64,000 nucleotides of DNA from Eledone cirrhosa (GCA_964016885.1 OZ024758.1:24490001-24554000); one strand, 5' to 3'; counted from the first letter of the stretch, positions 47,162-61,832 are shown. Numbers and translations: made by a program. Notes: generated by a model not told the origin, from the sequence alone.

Positions 47162-50059
47162 TCATCATCATTATCATCATCATTATCATCATCATCGTTT
47201 AACGTCTATCTTCTTCGCTAGCATGGGTTAAACGGGAATTGTCCCACTTGAGGCAAGATTGGTCGGGTGACCGTGTCTCACTCGTATAGGACTATCTGGC
47301 AGGTTTTCTACGGCTGGATGCCCTTCCTAACACCAACCACATTTACAGTGTGGACTGGGAGCTTTTTACCGTGTTACCTACATGGCCACATTAGAGCGTG
47401 GACTGGGTACTTTTTGTCGTGACACCTACATGACCTCATTAGTTTGGACTGGATGTTGTGGTACCAACATAACTTTACAGAGAAAGGGTGGTGTTGGTGG
47501 GAGTGGGGGGATGGAGTAGGGGTAGTGGATTGGGGTGTATATTTGGTTAAGAGGTGCCTACTGACTGTAGGTTTTGCTTTGTACATAGGCAAGGCAGGTC
47601 TTCTGTATTACTGCGTGGTGCCAAAGATCTCGGTCCAGTGACATTGTCTTAGAGAGGTGCAAGTGTGTAAAGTCGGAATTTATCAAATCATCCCAGGTTT
47701 TTCTGGGTCTACCTACTCCGTAACTTCCATCAATTTTGATCACCCTGCACCTTTTTATACAGCTGTTGTCTTTCATGCGCATCACGTGACCATACCAACG
47801 TAGTCTTCTCTCAAGTAAACAGCATCTGATCCTCTTATTCATAATTTCTCACTTAGTTCATTTATGCTTTGCCGTTCACGTATATTACTATTACACATCC
47901 AATGGAGCATGCATGTTTCGTTCCTTTCCAGTCTGCGCAGGTCCTCTGCACACAATGTATATGTCTCACTGCCATGTAACATTGCTGTTCGTATACAAAC
48001 ATCATACAATCTGCCTTTCATTTTTAGAGAGAAACCTTTTGTGGCCAACAGCGCTATAAGCTCTGAACTTTTTCCATCCTGTTCTGACTCTGGCTACTGT
48101 ACTTTCAGAGCACCCTCCACCACTGCTGATTTTGTCACCCAGGTAACGGAAAGTGTCCACTATTTCTATAGAACCATCTGAGCAATAGAAGGAGCTAGTA
48201 TCCTGTGGGCACTTGCTACTTATTGCACCTGAGCATCGGCCACATATAAAGTCTACGTTCTTAGATAGCTTACCTGTGATCCCACTACATCTTTTATGTA
48301 CCCATAGTTTACATTTGGGACATAAAATGGAATTTCTATCTACTCCTTTCCTACATACTGAGCATGGCCATTTTCCAAAGGACACCTGTGCCCTATTTTC
48401 CTTTCTACATACTAGAACTTTAGTCTTAGACAAGTTAACTTTTTCTACATACTAGAACTTTAGTCTTAGACAAGTTAACTTTAAGGCCTTTTGATTCTAG
48501 GCCATGCTTCCATGTTTGGAATTTCTTCCCTAGTTCAGCTAGAGCTATGAAAGTTAGATCATCGGTTTATAGAAATTCCCATGGGCAGCCAGTCTTAAAC
48601 TCCTCTGTTATAGCCTGAAGGGCAATAATAAATAGGAGGGGGCTAAGGACAGAGCCTTGATGAACACCAACTTTTACACTAAATTCTTCACTCTATTCAT
48701 TGTTAATTCTAACCTATACATGGCCTGTATAGCTCTCACAAGCCATTCATCTACACCTAGTTTTCTAAGAGCCCACCAGATAATGGAGCGGGGGACTCTG
48801 TCAAAGGCTTTCTCCAAGTCAACAAAAGCTAAGTAGAGGGGTTTACTTTTAGCTAGGTACTTCTCCTGTAGTTGTTGTACAAGGAAAAGAGCGTCTGTGG
48901 TACTTTTACCTGACACAAACCCAAACTGCATTTCATCTAGATCAATTCGATCTCTGATTAGTTGTGCTATAACGCTTTCTGTGACCTTCGTGAGCTGGTC
49001 AACTAACTTAATGTCTCTATAGTTTCCCCTATCTAGAGCGTCTTCTTTACCCTTGTCGCAGTTAATGATGATGTTGCTACGCCAGTCATTTGGTATGACC
49101 CCATTCTGTATTACTTGGTTTACTATCCGGGTGACCATAGTATGTCCCACCATTCCAGATGCTTTCAACATCTCAGCAACTATCTCCGAAGGCCCAGCTA
49201 CCTTGCCTGTCGTCATATCTTTGATTGCCTTACTTATTATACTACCTTTAACTTGCTCCACTGGTCCCTCTATTGGATCTATTTGGGGCAGACTATCTTT
49301 TTCCTATTTATTTTCCTCATTTAGTAGTCTCTCGTAGTGACACTTCCAAGCTTCCTTCTTATCAGCATCAGTGAGGGCAAGTACACCATCATCATTACGG
49401 ACACACTTCTCCCCGATAATATCACGGTTTTCCTTGACACATTGTCTTGCAATCCTGAACACCTCACGTTTTTGGTCCTCACGTTGTAGAACATGCTTGA
49501 ACTTTCTATCTTCTGCTTCCCTTGTAAAGTACACTTGTCTCCTAGCTTCTCTCCTGGCCACTTGATAGTGTTCTCTACTTCTCCCATCCCGCCATACTTT
49601 CCAAGCCTGTTTTTTTTGCCTGGATTGTCTCCTCTACCTTACTGTCCCACCACCAAGTTACTCTCCTCCTGCCTATAGGTCTGCTCCAGCCACAGATTTC
49701 ATCTATCGCCTTCAGCAGGTTAACTTTCAAGAATTCCCACTGTTCCTCTATATTGCACATCTCTAATTGCTCTTCCTTACTGTCAAAAGCGTCGAGTAAT
49801 ATGCTTTTAAATTTGTTACTGGCTGTGGGGTCCTTCAACTTCCATATTCTTCCCCTCAGGGTAGTCCTCCTCTGTCGTCAAGTATGTCTAGTCCTGACTA
49901 TGAGGTCACTAACTATGAGGCTATGTTGGGGGGTTGCATTCTTCACAGGGGAGGGATTTAGTGTTTACAACAGACACTCTGTCACGTCTTCTATCTGGCT
50001 GGCGTGTTCCACTGATCTATAGGTGATCAAGTGATTGTCTCGTTTTTTTAAGCTTGTGT

Positions 50060-50060
<1 letters not shown>
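47162..50060 (-). mobile_element. Decayed RTE-clade LINE with intact 3' end and (GAT)n tail
   Basis: LYLAFVDLEKAFDRVPR, QFGFVSGKSTTDA, a Cys-rich finger, RRLRWYGHVMR and GRPRKTW, followed by a 3'UTR and microsatellite tail. Multiple frameshifts. Confidence 0.95.
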
Positions 50061-50100
<40 letters not shown>

Positions 50101-50217
50101 ATATATATGTGTGTGTGTGTATATGTGTGTATATAGAGAGACAGATGGCATTAGGAAGGGCATCTAATCATTGAAACCAAACCAAAAACGGAACATACAT
50201 CTAACCCATGCAAGCAT

Positions 50218-50447
50218 TTTACGTCCGCTTTTCGCTTCTTGCAAGGGTGGGACAGGTCTTATTCAGCATTTCTCCACTTGTCACGGTCCTTCGTCATCTT
50301 CACCGTGAGCTTTAGCGATCTGAGGTCTGTTCTCACCACCTCCACCCATGTTTTCCATGGTCTACCTCTACCACGTCTTCCTTCAACTGGCATTTCCTGG
50401 CACTTCTTCACCCATCTGTCATCCTCCATGCGCATCACATGTCCATA
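50218..50447 (-). mobile_element. RTE LINE 3' fragment (second subfamily)
   Basis: YGHVMRMEDDRWVKKC...GRGRPWKTWVEVVRTDL. Its 3' end cccacccttgcaag...gcggacgtaaaatg matches the SINE-B tail. Confidence 0.85.
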
Positions 50448-53400
50448 CATACATATATATATAAACTTAAGAAAATTAACAAAGAGAGGACAAGATAACG
50501 AACGGTAAGAAGGCAAAACGAAAAACAATCTTTTAAAGGGAAACGTTCAATAATTATATTTTAAAAATAAAAATACAAATGAAAGACACAGAAATGCCAC
50601 TGAGATGGACTTTGGCAGTCTCAGTATGTATGTGCACATGTGTGTGTGAGAAAGAGAATGTGTGTGAGAGAGAATATGTGTGTGCAAGCATATGTGTGTG
50701 GGATGTGTGTGCAAGCATATGTGTGTGTGAGCTGTGTGGGTGGTTGTGTGTGTTTCTTTCTCAGAGCAATCATTTTCCATGCTTTGTTAATATAAAACCA
50801 ATATCTGACGTGCAATAGAATTATTCTGCCACATGCTACAAATATAATCTCTGACCAACAACCAAAGGCTGATTATAGTCAATATTGGTAACAAACAACT
50901 CCATACATTTACTTCCTAATTCAGAAAGAGTTTTATTTCTTTCCTATTGTTAATATAGCGTTATTGTATTGTCCACTTGCTTTGTCACTTTCCTATATTC
51001 TTTTCATTTTTTGTTTCATCTTTGAATTGTTTTTGTGTTGTTGTTGTTTTTTGTTGTTGTTGTTTTTGAGCAGGATAGATTCGTTGTTTCTATATTTTTA
51101 TTGGTCAAATCCAACTTGGTGGATGAAAGAATAAGAATCTCCTTTATCTCCATTTACTCATCTGTTTCATTTCACTGTATTCTGTATATCTATATTTTAA
51201 GCCTTACATCAAAATATTTCTAATAAATGACACTTCCTGTTATTTCCAAATCATTTTGAAAATAATAAAAAATGTAACCCTTTAGCATTTAAACTGGCTG
51301 TATCTGGCCGGAATTCTTTTACCTCTTTCTGTTCAAACTGGCAGTAACTGGCTGCTCATACTGATGTAAAGGTATTGTTCTCAAAATAAATAACATCAAA
51401 ATCTTATAGATTCAATATTATATGAGATAATTATGTGAGGTAAAGCCTTTACCATGAAAATACGATAGTAAATATAGAGTAATGTAAATGTTATGTTAGA
51501 TATTATGTGAGATAATTATGTGAGATAATTATGTGAGGTAAAGCCTTTACCATGAAAATACGATAGTAAATATAGAGTAATGTGAATGTTATGTTAGATA
51601 TTATGTGAGATAATTATGTGAGGTAAAGCCTTTACCATGAAAATACGATAGTAAATATAGAGTAATGTAAATGCTAAAGGGTTAATGGTGACAACATCAT
51701 CAACATCAACAACATTATTTCTACAATTTCATTGAATTATAAAAATTTAAAAAATATAAAAATTCAAAGTTACTCTTAGTCATATCATCATCATCGTTTT
51801 TTCCGTCCGTTTTTTCACACTTGCATGGGTTGAATGAGTCTTTTTTCAGCACAGCATCTCTCTGCTTGCCACATTCAAACAAAAATAATATCAAATTAAA
51901 TAATTGATAGAAAGATTGTCTGAGATGTTATATATATTCACAAAAGGAAAGATTCTTCATGCAATTATTAAAAGATGTTAATTCATGTGGAAAAATTGGA
52001 CATTTAGCAAATGGATGCCAAGTAAAAAATTGAAACTATAATAATTTCAAATTTGCTTAAACATGCCAAACCAATTAGAAAAATTAAATTTGTTATGGTA
52101 ATCATTATATTAATAGTATATATGAATCAAATGAAAGTTAAATTGAAATTAATTCTGCTTCTATTAATTTTTAAATGTATGAAGAAATTAGAAATAAATG
52201 TTATATTTCAGCACAGATCAATAACTAATTAATTGAATTTGGATTAAAAATCAGTCATTTATTTAATGTAAATAACTACAAAATTGCTGGGTCTCCACTC
52301 TTGATAAAATTAAATGCTAATTAATTAAAGGTAAATTACTATTAAATGTTGAAATTGTAAATAACCACAAAATTCAGGAATTATTGTAATTGATTCTGAA
52401 ATGAATTTAAATTTATTCAAATTTTCCCATTTAATATGTTGTCGATATGAATGCTTAATAATTGTTTCTACTTTTTGGCACAAGGCCAGCAATTACCCAG
52501 TACATTACTGGTACTTTATTTTATCGGCCTCGTAAGGATGAAAGGCAAAGTTAACCTCGGCGGGATTTGAACTCAGAATGGCAAGGGCCATAACTCTATG
52601 CTTGGCATCCGACCCTCTACCGAATGTTGATAAATCAACTAATTTGAATATTAAACATAAAATTGACGAGCTATGTGCTAAGCATTCTGAAGTATTTTCA
52701 CCTTGAATTTGAATGTGAAATAGTAAACAGTACATTCTAGTCTGTCTTAAGCCTGGAAGCTCATTAGGCCAGTGCTAATCTCCATTTCTGTGACTGAGAG
52801 TACAAGACTCCCCTGTGGACAGGATACCAATCCATCACACGGTTAGTCAGTTCTGTGTGAGCATGACATGGTCACCTGACCTGGCATTGCCCACAACAGA
52901 ACAACTCATTTAACCCATGTTAGCGTAGAAAAATGGATGTAAAAGGGTGATGATGATGATTAAGGCGTTGTATGAAAATTCAAGTCAAAATTCGACTAAA
53001 TCCAGGTTAAAAAAAAAAACATTTATTGAAAGGCCAAGCTATTCTCGTTTTCAAAATCCAAATTGATAACCAGTTGTAACAAGCCACTCATACTAATGTT
53101 AAGGTATTTTTCTCAAAATAAATAACAAAATCTCATAGATTTGATATTATGTGAGATATTTACCATGAAAATATAATAGTAAATATAGAGTAATGTAAAT
53201 GCTAAAGGGTTAATTATGCTAGTGTGGAAAAATGCATGTTAAACGGTGATGATGATGATGATGATGATGTTTCTCATTGATTGATAATTGTATTTGTTTC
53301 TTTAAGTACCATATATACTGGAATATAAGCGAACATGGTCAATATTTTGACAATTTACACCAACTTCAAATTCTACATAAATAAAGTTTGGATTTTTGCC

Positions 53401-53575
53401 CATTTCTCAAACATAAAACAGTGGGGTCAGCTTATATTCAAGCATATATGGCAATTGTTAGCAGTTCTCAGATAATTAGAAAGAAAAAGAAAAGGTTATG
53501 GTTGATATTTAACCTTAAACATTATTGAGAGAATCCACAAATAAAAATGTTATCTTTTCTTGATTACCATTTCAG

Positions 53576-53786
53576 GGTCAATGGGCAAACGACGTGATAA
53601 ATGGATATGGTACTATGAATCATATTTCCGGCATGAGCTACACTGGATTATGGATCAATGGATCCCCGGAAAAATTCGCTACAAAACTGGCATTTGATAC
53701 AATTGACAATGTTCTATACGTGGAAGAATTACAAATGTTTAATATAACAGTTCAATGCCTAGATGATTGGGATGAAATTGTACCAG
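53576..53786 (+). CDS. MORN1: MORN1 exon 6
   Basis: catttcag| and G|gtttat, 211 nt, phase 0/1. GQWANDVINGYGTMNHISGMSYTGLWINGSPEKFATKL... matches the recalled MORN1 GQW...YxGLWINGxP..AT segment. Confidence 0.93.
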
Positions 53787-54261
53787 GTTTATTCATTGAT
53801 CTCTTACTTACACATTAGGTTTTGTATGAATAATGAAAAATATATGTTGTGTTGTGACATTTATGCATTTTCCAAGTGTGTTGGACTTAGGATCATAACT
53901 GAGGATCATGAGTTCAATTCCCGGGCTGGGTTGTGTGTTGTGTTCCTTGAGCAAAACACTTAATTTCATGTTGCTCCAGTAAACTCACCTGTAAATGAAT
54001 ACCAGCAATATCTGGGAGTGTAACCCTGTGATGGACTGGTGTCCTGTCCAGGGTGGAGAGTATTGTATTCTCAGTTGCTTAACACCACCGAAACCGGGAA
54101 AAGCTACCAGCCTATTGAATCTATGAGATTTTGATATTATTTATTTTGAGAACAATATCTTAATATCAGTGGTGGTGTTGATGGTAATGATGAACATGTG
54201 ACAATATTCCAGCACTTCAACCATTTTATGTTGAAACAGAAGTGCCAGGAAGAGTGAACAA

Positions 54262-54590
54262 ATCATCATCATCATCATTTTACGTCCACTTTTCCCTGCT
54301 TGCAAGGGTGGGATGGGAACTGATTCTGGCTTGATTTCTACAGCTGGATGCCCTTCCTAACACCAACCTCATATACAGTGAGTGCTGGGTGCTTTTTTGC
54401 CGTGGCACCTCTGCGACCACTTTGCAGTGGAATGATAGGGTCCCCAGTCCTATCATCTCATTTCTACAGCTGAGTAAACTGGAGCAATGTGAAATAAAGT
54501 GTCTTGCTCAAGGAAACAACACATCACCCGGTCTGAGAATTGAACTCACAATCTTTCGATTGCAAGGCCAATGCTCTAACCACTAAGCCA
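54262..54590 (-). mobile_element. SINE-B copy
   Basis: Full-length match. Partial copies lie at about 284-470, 16850-17003, 36844-37050, 59678-59895 and 62950-63075. Confidence 0.88.
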
Positions 54591-57110
54591 TATTTATGAT
54601 ATATCTTACCCTTCAACCCTTTCGCATTTAAACCAGCCATATCCGGCCAGAATTCTCTCACCTCTTTCTGTGCAAACTGGCTGTAACCAGCTGCTCATAC
54701 TTCTGGTAAGGTATTGTTCTCAAAATAAATAACATCAAAATCTCATAGATTCGATATTATGTGAGATAATTATGTGAGGCAAAGCCTTTACCATGAAAAT
54801 ATAATAGTAAATATAGAGTAATGTAAATGCTAAAGGGTTAAAATAACAATTTCTTACATTGACACAGGGTAACAAATGTATTGTCTAGGCCAGTGATTCT
54901 CAACTGATAGCCCTATAGCCCCCAGGGAGCCAATCATTTTTAGAGGCAACTTGAAAAAAAAATGGAATATTTGGAGACCACAGAAATTTCTGAAGGAACC
55001 CCAAACAGATAAGTTTAACTGGCAGATGTATGATCATCTTATCACAATCCACATATTTCGTTCTTTTGAACAAATTTTTTACAGCATTAAGTATCAACTT
55101 TTACAGCTTAAGTTGCATGCTATTGTTTTTCCCACTTCTTTTATCTTGTTAAATATGGATGTAGCCAAGAGACTTGGTCTACTATGATAGCTTAAAACTG
55201 GCTTGATATTGTATGGAGAAGTGTCATTAACAATACTGCTGCCAAATATTGAACAACATTTGAGCTTCTGTCAGAATAACGTGCCAAACATAAAAAATAT
55301 TTCATGACTTTTTGTTTTCTTGTTTTTGTAAATATAGTACATGTTATTATATTTAATGTTTGGTATTCCTTATGGCTTATGTTCTTACTGTGTATTGCTG
55401 TTTTTATAGAATTTTATTTTTTAATATGCTTCACGGGGCCTCGTGGTTAGGGTGTTGGACTTACGATCATAATGCCATGGATTCAATTCCTGGACTGAGT
55501 TGTGTGTTGTGTTCTTGATCAAAACACTTCATTTCACATTGCCCCAGTATACTCAGCTGAAAATTAGTACCAGCTATAGCTGGGGGTTTAACCCTGTGAT
55601 GATCTTGCATCCTATCCAGGGGGAAGTCACAAAACCAGGATAAGCACTGGCCAGACACATCTCCTGGCTTGAAACAGACTTTAGATAGGTAGATACAATA
55701 ATTAAAGTTAAGCTATACACAAAATAACAAATCTACAGTAAAGGTCTTCCGTTAACAAATCATCTTTTACGAGCTCACATGCAATGCTCTACACCACTTA
55801 TCTACATAGAAATGCTTGATTTTGTCAACTATTACAAACACCTTATTGTTATGTTATAGTTGCAATAAAATAAATAACTATAATAAATAAGTAAAATATA
55901 TTTTTTTTCTCTAAGTAATAACAGAGGTAGGTTAAGTTCAGGAGCAGGGAATGAACAAACAACATTGGTTGAGAACCATAGCATTAAAGTATGGTTAATT
56001 GAGAGAGAAAAGATAAAATAAATCTCAACAGGACTGCAACTGAGAACATAGGACAAAACTAAATACAGACCTGCCAACCTCTAAAAACCCAATGAAAAAA
56101 ACTGCCCCAAAACAGGGAGAAATGAGGCAAAATGGGGAGATTTTATATAATTGTTTCTACATTAGGCACAAGGCCAGCAATTACCCAGTGCATTACTGGT
56201 ACTTTATTTTATCGACCCCGTAAGGATGAAAGGCAAAGTCAACCTCGGCGGGATTTGAACTCAGATCGTAAAGGGACGTAACTATGCTGGAAAGCATGGC
56301 GTCCGACCCTTTACCGATACTGCCAATCCACCAATGAAAATTATTGTGTACCGTGCTGAGGTGCACTACAAATCATCAATGGTGCATGTATAGTACATGT
56401 ATGGTGCATGTATGGTGCATGTATAGTACATAGAATAATGTACAGATACTGCCAATCCACCGCCCTTTTAGAGATATTATATAATGAAAGCTATAACCAT
56501 TTTCACAAGAGAAGACATCTCTCGCCCACCCCAAAATGGGTGGGAGATCTTCCTGTCGGACCTCAGAGTACAGAGAGCCAGAAAAAATATTGGAAAGTAT
56601 GCTGTCATAATGGTTTCTGATTTAAGCACAAGGCCAACAATTTGGGGGCAGGGAAAAGTCGATTAAATCAATTCCAGTGAATTACTGGTACTTTATTTTA
56701 TCGACCCCGTAAGGATGAAAGGCAAAGCTAACCTCTGCAGGATTTGAACTCAGAACACAAAGGGCCGTAACTCATTGCCATAAAGCATGTTGTCCAACAC
56801 TCTACCAATACTGCCGTAAGGATGAAAAACAAAGCTGACCTCCGTAGGATTTGAACTCAGAGTGTAAAGGGACGTAACTCTATGCTGCAATTCTGCCAAT
56901 TTGCCACCTTATCACGCAGATGAGATATAAGAGTTCCCTGCTGCTCCATGTATATGGTATACAATATATTTACCATCACCACATTCTATAGACAATAAAA
57001 CCAATCTCTGATTGTTTCCTCCAGAAATTAAAGAACAGTTTAGCATTGTTTACTTCAGGCAACATATAACATAACAGACCACAGCTACTTTCTTCATATC
57101 ATATAGAATA

Positions 57111-58316
57111 TACTAGCAGAATGGCTCGGCATTGCTCGGGAATTGCTCTAGGGTTCTTATATATTTGATATATATTTATCCTTATCGAGCCTCGTGAAAT
57201 AAATACGTTTGTTTATATTTTGTTACTGTGTATGCAAAAATATCTGTACACGAATATATATATATATACTAGCTAAAGTACCCGTCCTTTGGGCGGTTCA
57301 AGTAGCTCTCCATGTAGCTCATTAAACTAAACAAAGTAAATTTGAATACATAGAAGAAAAACGTACTTTATGTAAACATGAAAACCTTAGGCACTATTCC
57401 AGCGAAATAATTAATATGTGAGCTCGGTGTCATCCGTTATCCCATGTAACAACAGAAATCCAGTCTAGGTATAACATTTTTTTGACAACAGTAAAACCTT
57501 TTGCTTCAAGTACAAAAAGTAAAGTAAAATCCAAATGAGCCGAATTGTAATAATCAAAATCCCAAAACAAAATTTTCGACAACATCAAAAATGAGTTCCT
57601 ATTGTATTGACGAAAGATAACTCTTGTCTTACTTAATCCCGACAATTGACATAAATAACCGAAACTTTTTAATGTCTCCAAAGGCCCCAATATCGATTTT
57701 TGAAAGCCTTTGTATATCATGTACAGGTTTTGTGCAAGGAGAAGCTCTAAAAAATTTCAAAGAAATCGCATGAATGGTTTAGAATATATGAGCCCTCATT
57801 AAAAATTGTCCACACACACACACACAGAAAACTTCAGCTTTATATATATATATTAAAATAATAGATTAAAGTTTAAGCAAATAATCGCTGCTTTCACCCT
57901 TAACAAGATCTTCTGAAACTAAAATTTAAAAAATCAATCTGTGAACGCAGAAGTAAATATTTCGAAAAACGTTACACACTATATATATATATATATACAC
58001 ACTATATATATACACACACACACACACACACAGCTATGTCATAATGTCGTAATGCAGACAGCCGCCAGGCATACAGACAGATATTATAAGGGCACAACGT
58101 TATATCTATGTATCTAAAAAGAGAAAGACTGAGAGAGAGATCGCTAAATCGCCTAATGCAGTCCCTAGGGCATAGAAAATTTGAAATTTTTTTTGCTCAA
58201 AACACTCAATAGGACCATAAGTATTACATATGTAAAGTTTGAAAACAATCGGTTGGGTGTTTCTCGAGTTTTAGGGAGTCAGACAGACAGACATTCTCTG
58301 TTTTAGATATATAGAT
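57111..58316 (+). mobile_element. Nested Helitron/DINE-1-like non-autonomous elements
   Basis: Two tactagc starts, each followed by a GC hairpin (57111, 57267). Two ends with a microsatellite plus ttttatatatatagat-like terminus (about 57852, 58316). Confidence 0.55.
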
Positions 58317-58364
58317 GATATTTTTACTAACTTTGAACAACAATTGAACAATTTGTTGCTGCTT

Positions 58365-58770
58365 CATTCTGATATCATGACATTCTGATATCATGACATT
58401 CTGATATCATTACATTCTGATATCATGACATTCTGATATCATGACATTCTGATATCATGACATTCTGATATCATGACATTCTGATATCATGACATTGTGA
58501 TATCATGACATTCTGATATCATTACATTCTGATATCATGACATTCTGATATCATGACATTGTGATATCATGACATTCTGATATCATTACATTCTGATATC
58601 ATTACATTCTGATATCATTACATTCTGATATCATTACATTCTGATATCATGACATTCTGATATCATGACATTCTGATATCATTACATTCTGATATCATTA
58701 CATTCTGATATCATGACATTCTGATATCATGACATTCTGATATCATGACATTCTGATATCATGACATTCT
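58365..58770. repeat. 16-bp minisatellite containing the palindrome tgatatca
   Basis: About 25 copies of cattctgatatcat(g/t)a. Confidence 0.95.
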
Positions 58771-59034
58771 GCAGATACAAAGCTTCAGAGTTTGTGAGAA
58801 TATTATAGTAATTTTATTGAGTTAGCTGATAATTTTGGAAATTTATTCTATTGTTGAAGTTTGGATGGTGAACAAAGGTTACAGGTTTGTCCCTTCTCCT
58901 CCAGCTAGATAATGGTAAAACGATCTCCCAAAGCAGTATACTGTTATATTTATGAATGGACGTATTTAATTACACTGTAAACATGTTTCTATTTGTTGAT
59001 GACAACCCTGCTAACCCATACAAACATAAAACTG

Positions 59035-59406
59035 TGATGATGATGGTGATGGTGGTGATGGTGGTGATGATAGTGGTGGTGATGGTTGTGGTGGTGATGG
59101 TTGTGGTGGTGATGATGATGGTGATGGTGTTGGTGGTGATGATGATAGTGATGATGATGATGATGGTGGTGATGATGGTGGTGATAATAGTGGTGGTGAT
59201 GGTTGTGGTGGTGATGATGGTGATGATGATAGTGGTGGTGGTGGTGGTGTTGGTGGTGATGGTGTTGGTGGTGATGATGGTGGTGGTGGTGATGATCACA
59301 ATAGTTGGTGGTGATAATGATGATGGTGGTGATGATGATGATGATGACAATTGTTGCAGTGGTGGTGGTAGTGGTGGCGCTACTGTTATTGTTGATGATG
59401 ATGATG
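59035..59406. repeat. GGT/GAT compound microsatellite
   Basis: Low-complexity trinucleotide tract. Confidence 0.92.
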
Positions 59407-60420
59407 TGAACTGCAAGCCTGTATTAAATATGGGCTGTTTCTTGACCTCGCCAACAACTCAAACATACAAGTGTGGCAGTGACAGACGAGTATTCAGCAA
59501 ATTCTGAAATATAATAAACTCTGACATAGATACAGATTTTACAATTGTATTTCAAATATAAGTAGGTTCTGTATTATTTTAACCATTTATTTTAACCATA
59601 ATACAGAATACCCGACCCCTCTCCCCCCACGGGTACAAGCCGAAGCTGAAGCATATAGACAATATGCCCCCACACCCTCCCACTGCAAAGTGGTCGTGGA
59701 GGTGCCACGGCAAAAAAAAGCACCCAGCACACACTGTAAATGAGGTTGATGTTAGGAAGGGCATCCAGCTGTAGTAATCAAGCCAGAATCAGTTCCCGTA
59801 TGAGCCGACCGGACACTACCCACAACAGGAGAACCCGTCTAACCGATGCTGGCGTGGAAGAATGGACGTAAAACGGTGATGATGATGATGATGATTGGTG
59901 ATTTATGTTCTGAGTTCAAATCCCGTTGAGGTTAGCTTTGTGGTAAAGGCGTAACCTCACATAATTATCTCACATAATATCGACTCTATGAGATTTTGAT
60001 ATTATTTATTTTGAGAACAATACCTTAACATCAGTATGAGCGACTGGTTGCAGCCAGTTTAAACAGAAAGTGGTGAAAGAATTTTGGTTGGATACAGCCA
60101 GTTCAAGTGCTAAAGGGTTAAGAATTCTGCATATAGGACAAGCAATTCATATAAAAATTGTGAGCTGTACAATCATAAAATATGTTAACCCTTTAGCATT
60201 TAAACTGGCTGTAACTGGCCAGAATTCTTTCACCTATTTCTGTTCAAACTGGCTACTCATAATTATGTTAAGGTACTGTTCGCAAAATAAATAACATCAA
60301 AATCTCATAGTAAATAAAGAGTAATGCAAATGAGAAAGGGTTAAACTATGCATTTTTTAATAAATATACTTCTATTTTTTCTTCCTAACATTTGTTTTTC
60401 TTCTTTTATGTATATTTTAG

Positions 60421-60529
60421 AACATAAAAGAAAAATTGAAATTTTGCTGGCAGCGAAAACTTCAGGCTCTAATAGAGATTCAGAGACTGAAGGTGCTTCA
60501 TTGCATGAGTCATCACCACTGTTACCCCT
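60421..60529 (+). CDS. MORN1: MORN1 exon 7 (gene continues beyond the window)
   Basis: Long polypyrimidine tract with tattttag| and a |gtaaga donor, 109 nt, phase 1/2. EHKRKIEILLAAK... is weakly similar to the ESGRVLQISAG segment of MORN1. Confidence 0.72.
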
Positions 60530-61542
60530 GTAAGAGTCATCTTTCATTTCTTATTTTATGACAAAAGTACTGGATTTCATCAGGCTTCCAAACAGTTTCC
60601 ATCTACAAAATTTCACTCCATATGGCATGAGTCAACCTGAATCATCATCATCATCATCGTTTAACATCTATCTTCCACGCTAGCATGGGTTTAGACGGGA
60701 ATTGTCCCACTTGAGGCAAGATTGGTCATCTCGCTCGTATAGGAATGTCTGGCAGGTTTTCTACGGCTGGCTGCCCTTCCTAACGCCAACCACGTTTACA
60801 GTGTGGACTGGGAGGTTCTTACCGTGTTACCTACATGGCCACATTACACAACTATAGTAAATGACATTGATCAAATATTCCACGTAGCAAGATTGAAATC
60901 AGTACCTAATGATTGCAAAGCAAACTTCTTGACCATTTGGCCAAATTATAGCCAATTTATAAATTCATCAACTTATTAAAGTTATTAAGATTTTAAAAAG
61001 AATTCCTTCTACCCACAACCTTGCCTGTTTTCTATTTGATGTCCTGCTTAACCCACAACTTACACACATAACACACTTAACCATGTCTGTTCTCTTATTT
61101 TCACTTCCTTCCCTAGCTTTCCTGTCTCTCTCTCTCTTCCTTTCTCCTGACATTAATGATAATTTAATAAAGTTGTCTAAGAGTCTATTTCCGTGGTTGT
61201 AGTGGATCGGAAGGGGGTGGGGGGTAAGTTTATATCTGTTGAAATGTTAAGATATTTGAACCTTGGCCTTTACACTGTTCTTGTTGTATTGCTGAAACCA
61301 TGGAAATTCTCCAAAGATAAACCATCAGTTAACTAGCATTGACACCGATGGGAAAACTTGAAATGTTAGTAGAGATATCTTAAATTTTAGTTTCAATAAC
61401 AAAGCATGGCACGGCTGACAGAAGCATTCATCATTGATGTCGTGTTAAGATTGAACACTTAGCAATAATCTACCAGAAAGCAGTGAAGATGTTGCTGTTG
61501 CTGATGGTAGTGGTGATTATAGTATAAAGTTAAATAAAGTTA

Positions 61543-61832
61543 GACAGACACGTTCTCCACCTCCAGCCTTATCGCTTCAGCCATAAACCTTGGCACTGGC
61601 ACCAATGACACACAGAGAAGAGGAAGATAACCAGCCAAATACCGGGACTTGACTAAATGTTTCCTTTCCATGCCAATCCCCATTGAGGTTTCTGGTGTCC
61701 TTGATCCCAAGACTGCTGTTTTCATCTGCAAAATTGAAAGGAGTGCATCCTGTCTGAAGGAGGAGCCTCATGAGGTGGAGTAGCTGATGCAGTGGGTGTT
61801 GCTGGCTATTCTCTGCAGCAATTTTTTCATCA
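61543..61832 (+). mobile_element. CRE-like non-LTR endonuclease remnant
   Basis: DTFSTSSL...AKYRDL...PIPIEVSGVLDP...EPHEVE*LMQWVLLAIL, with stops. Same domain as 10225-10345. Confidence 0.55.
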
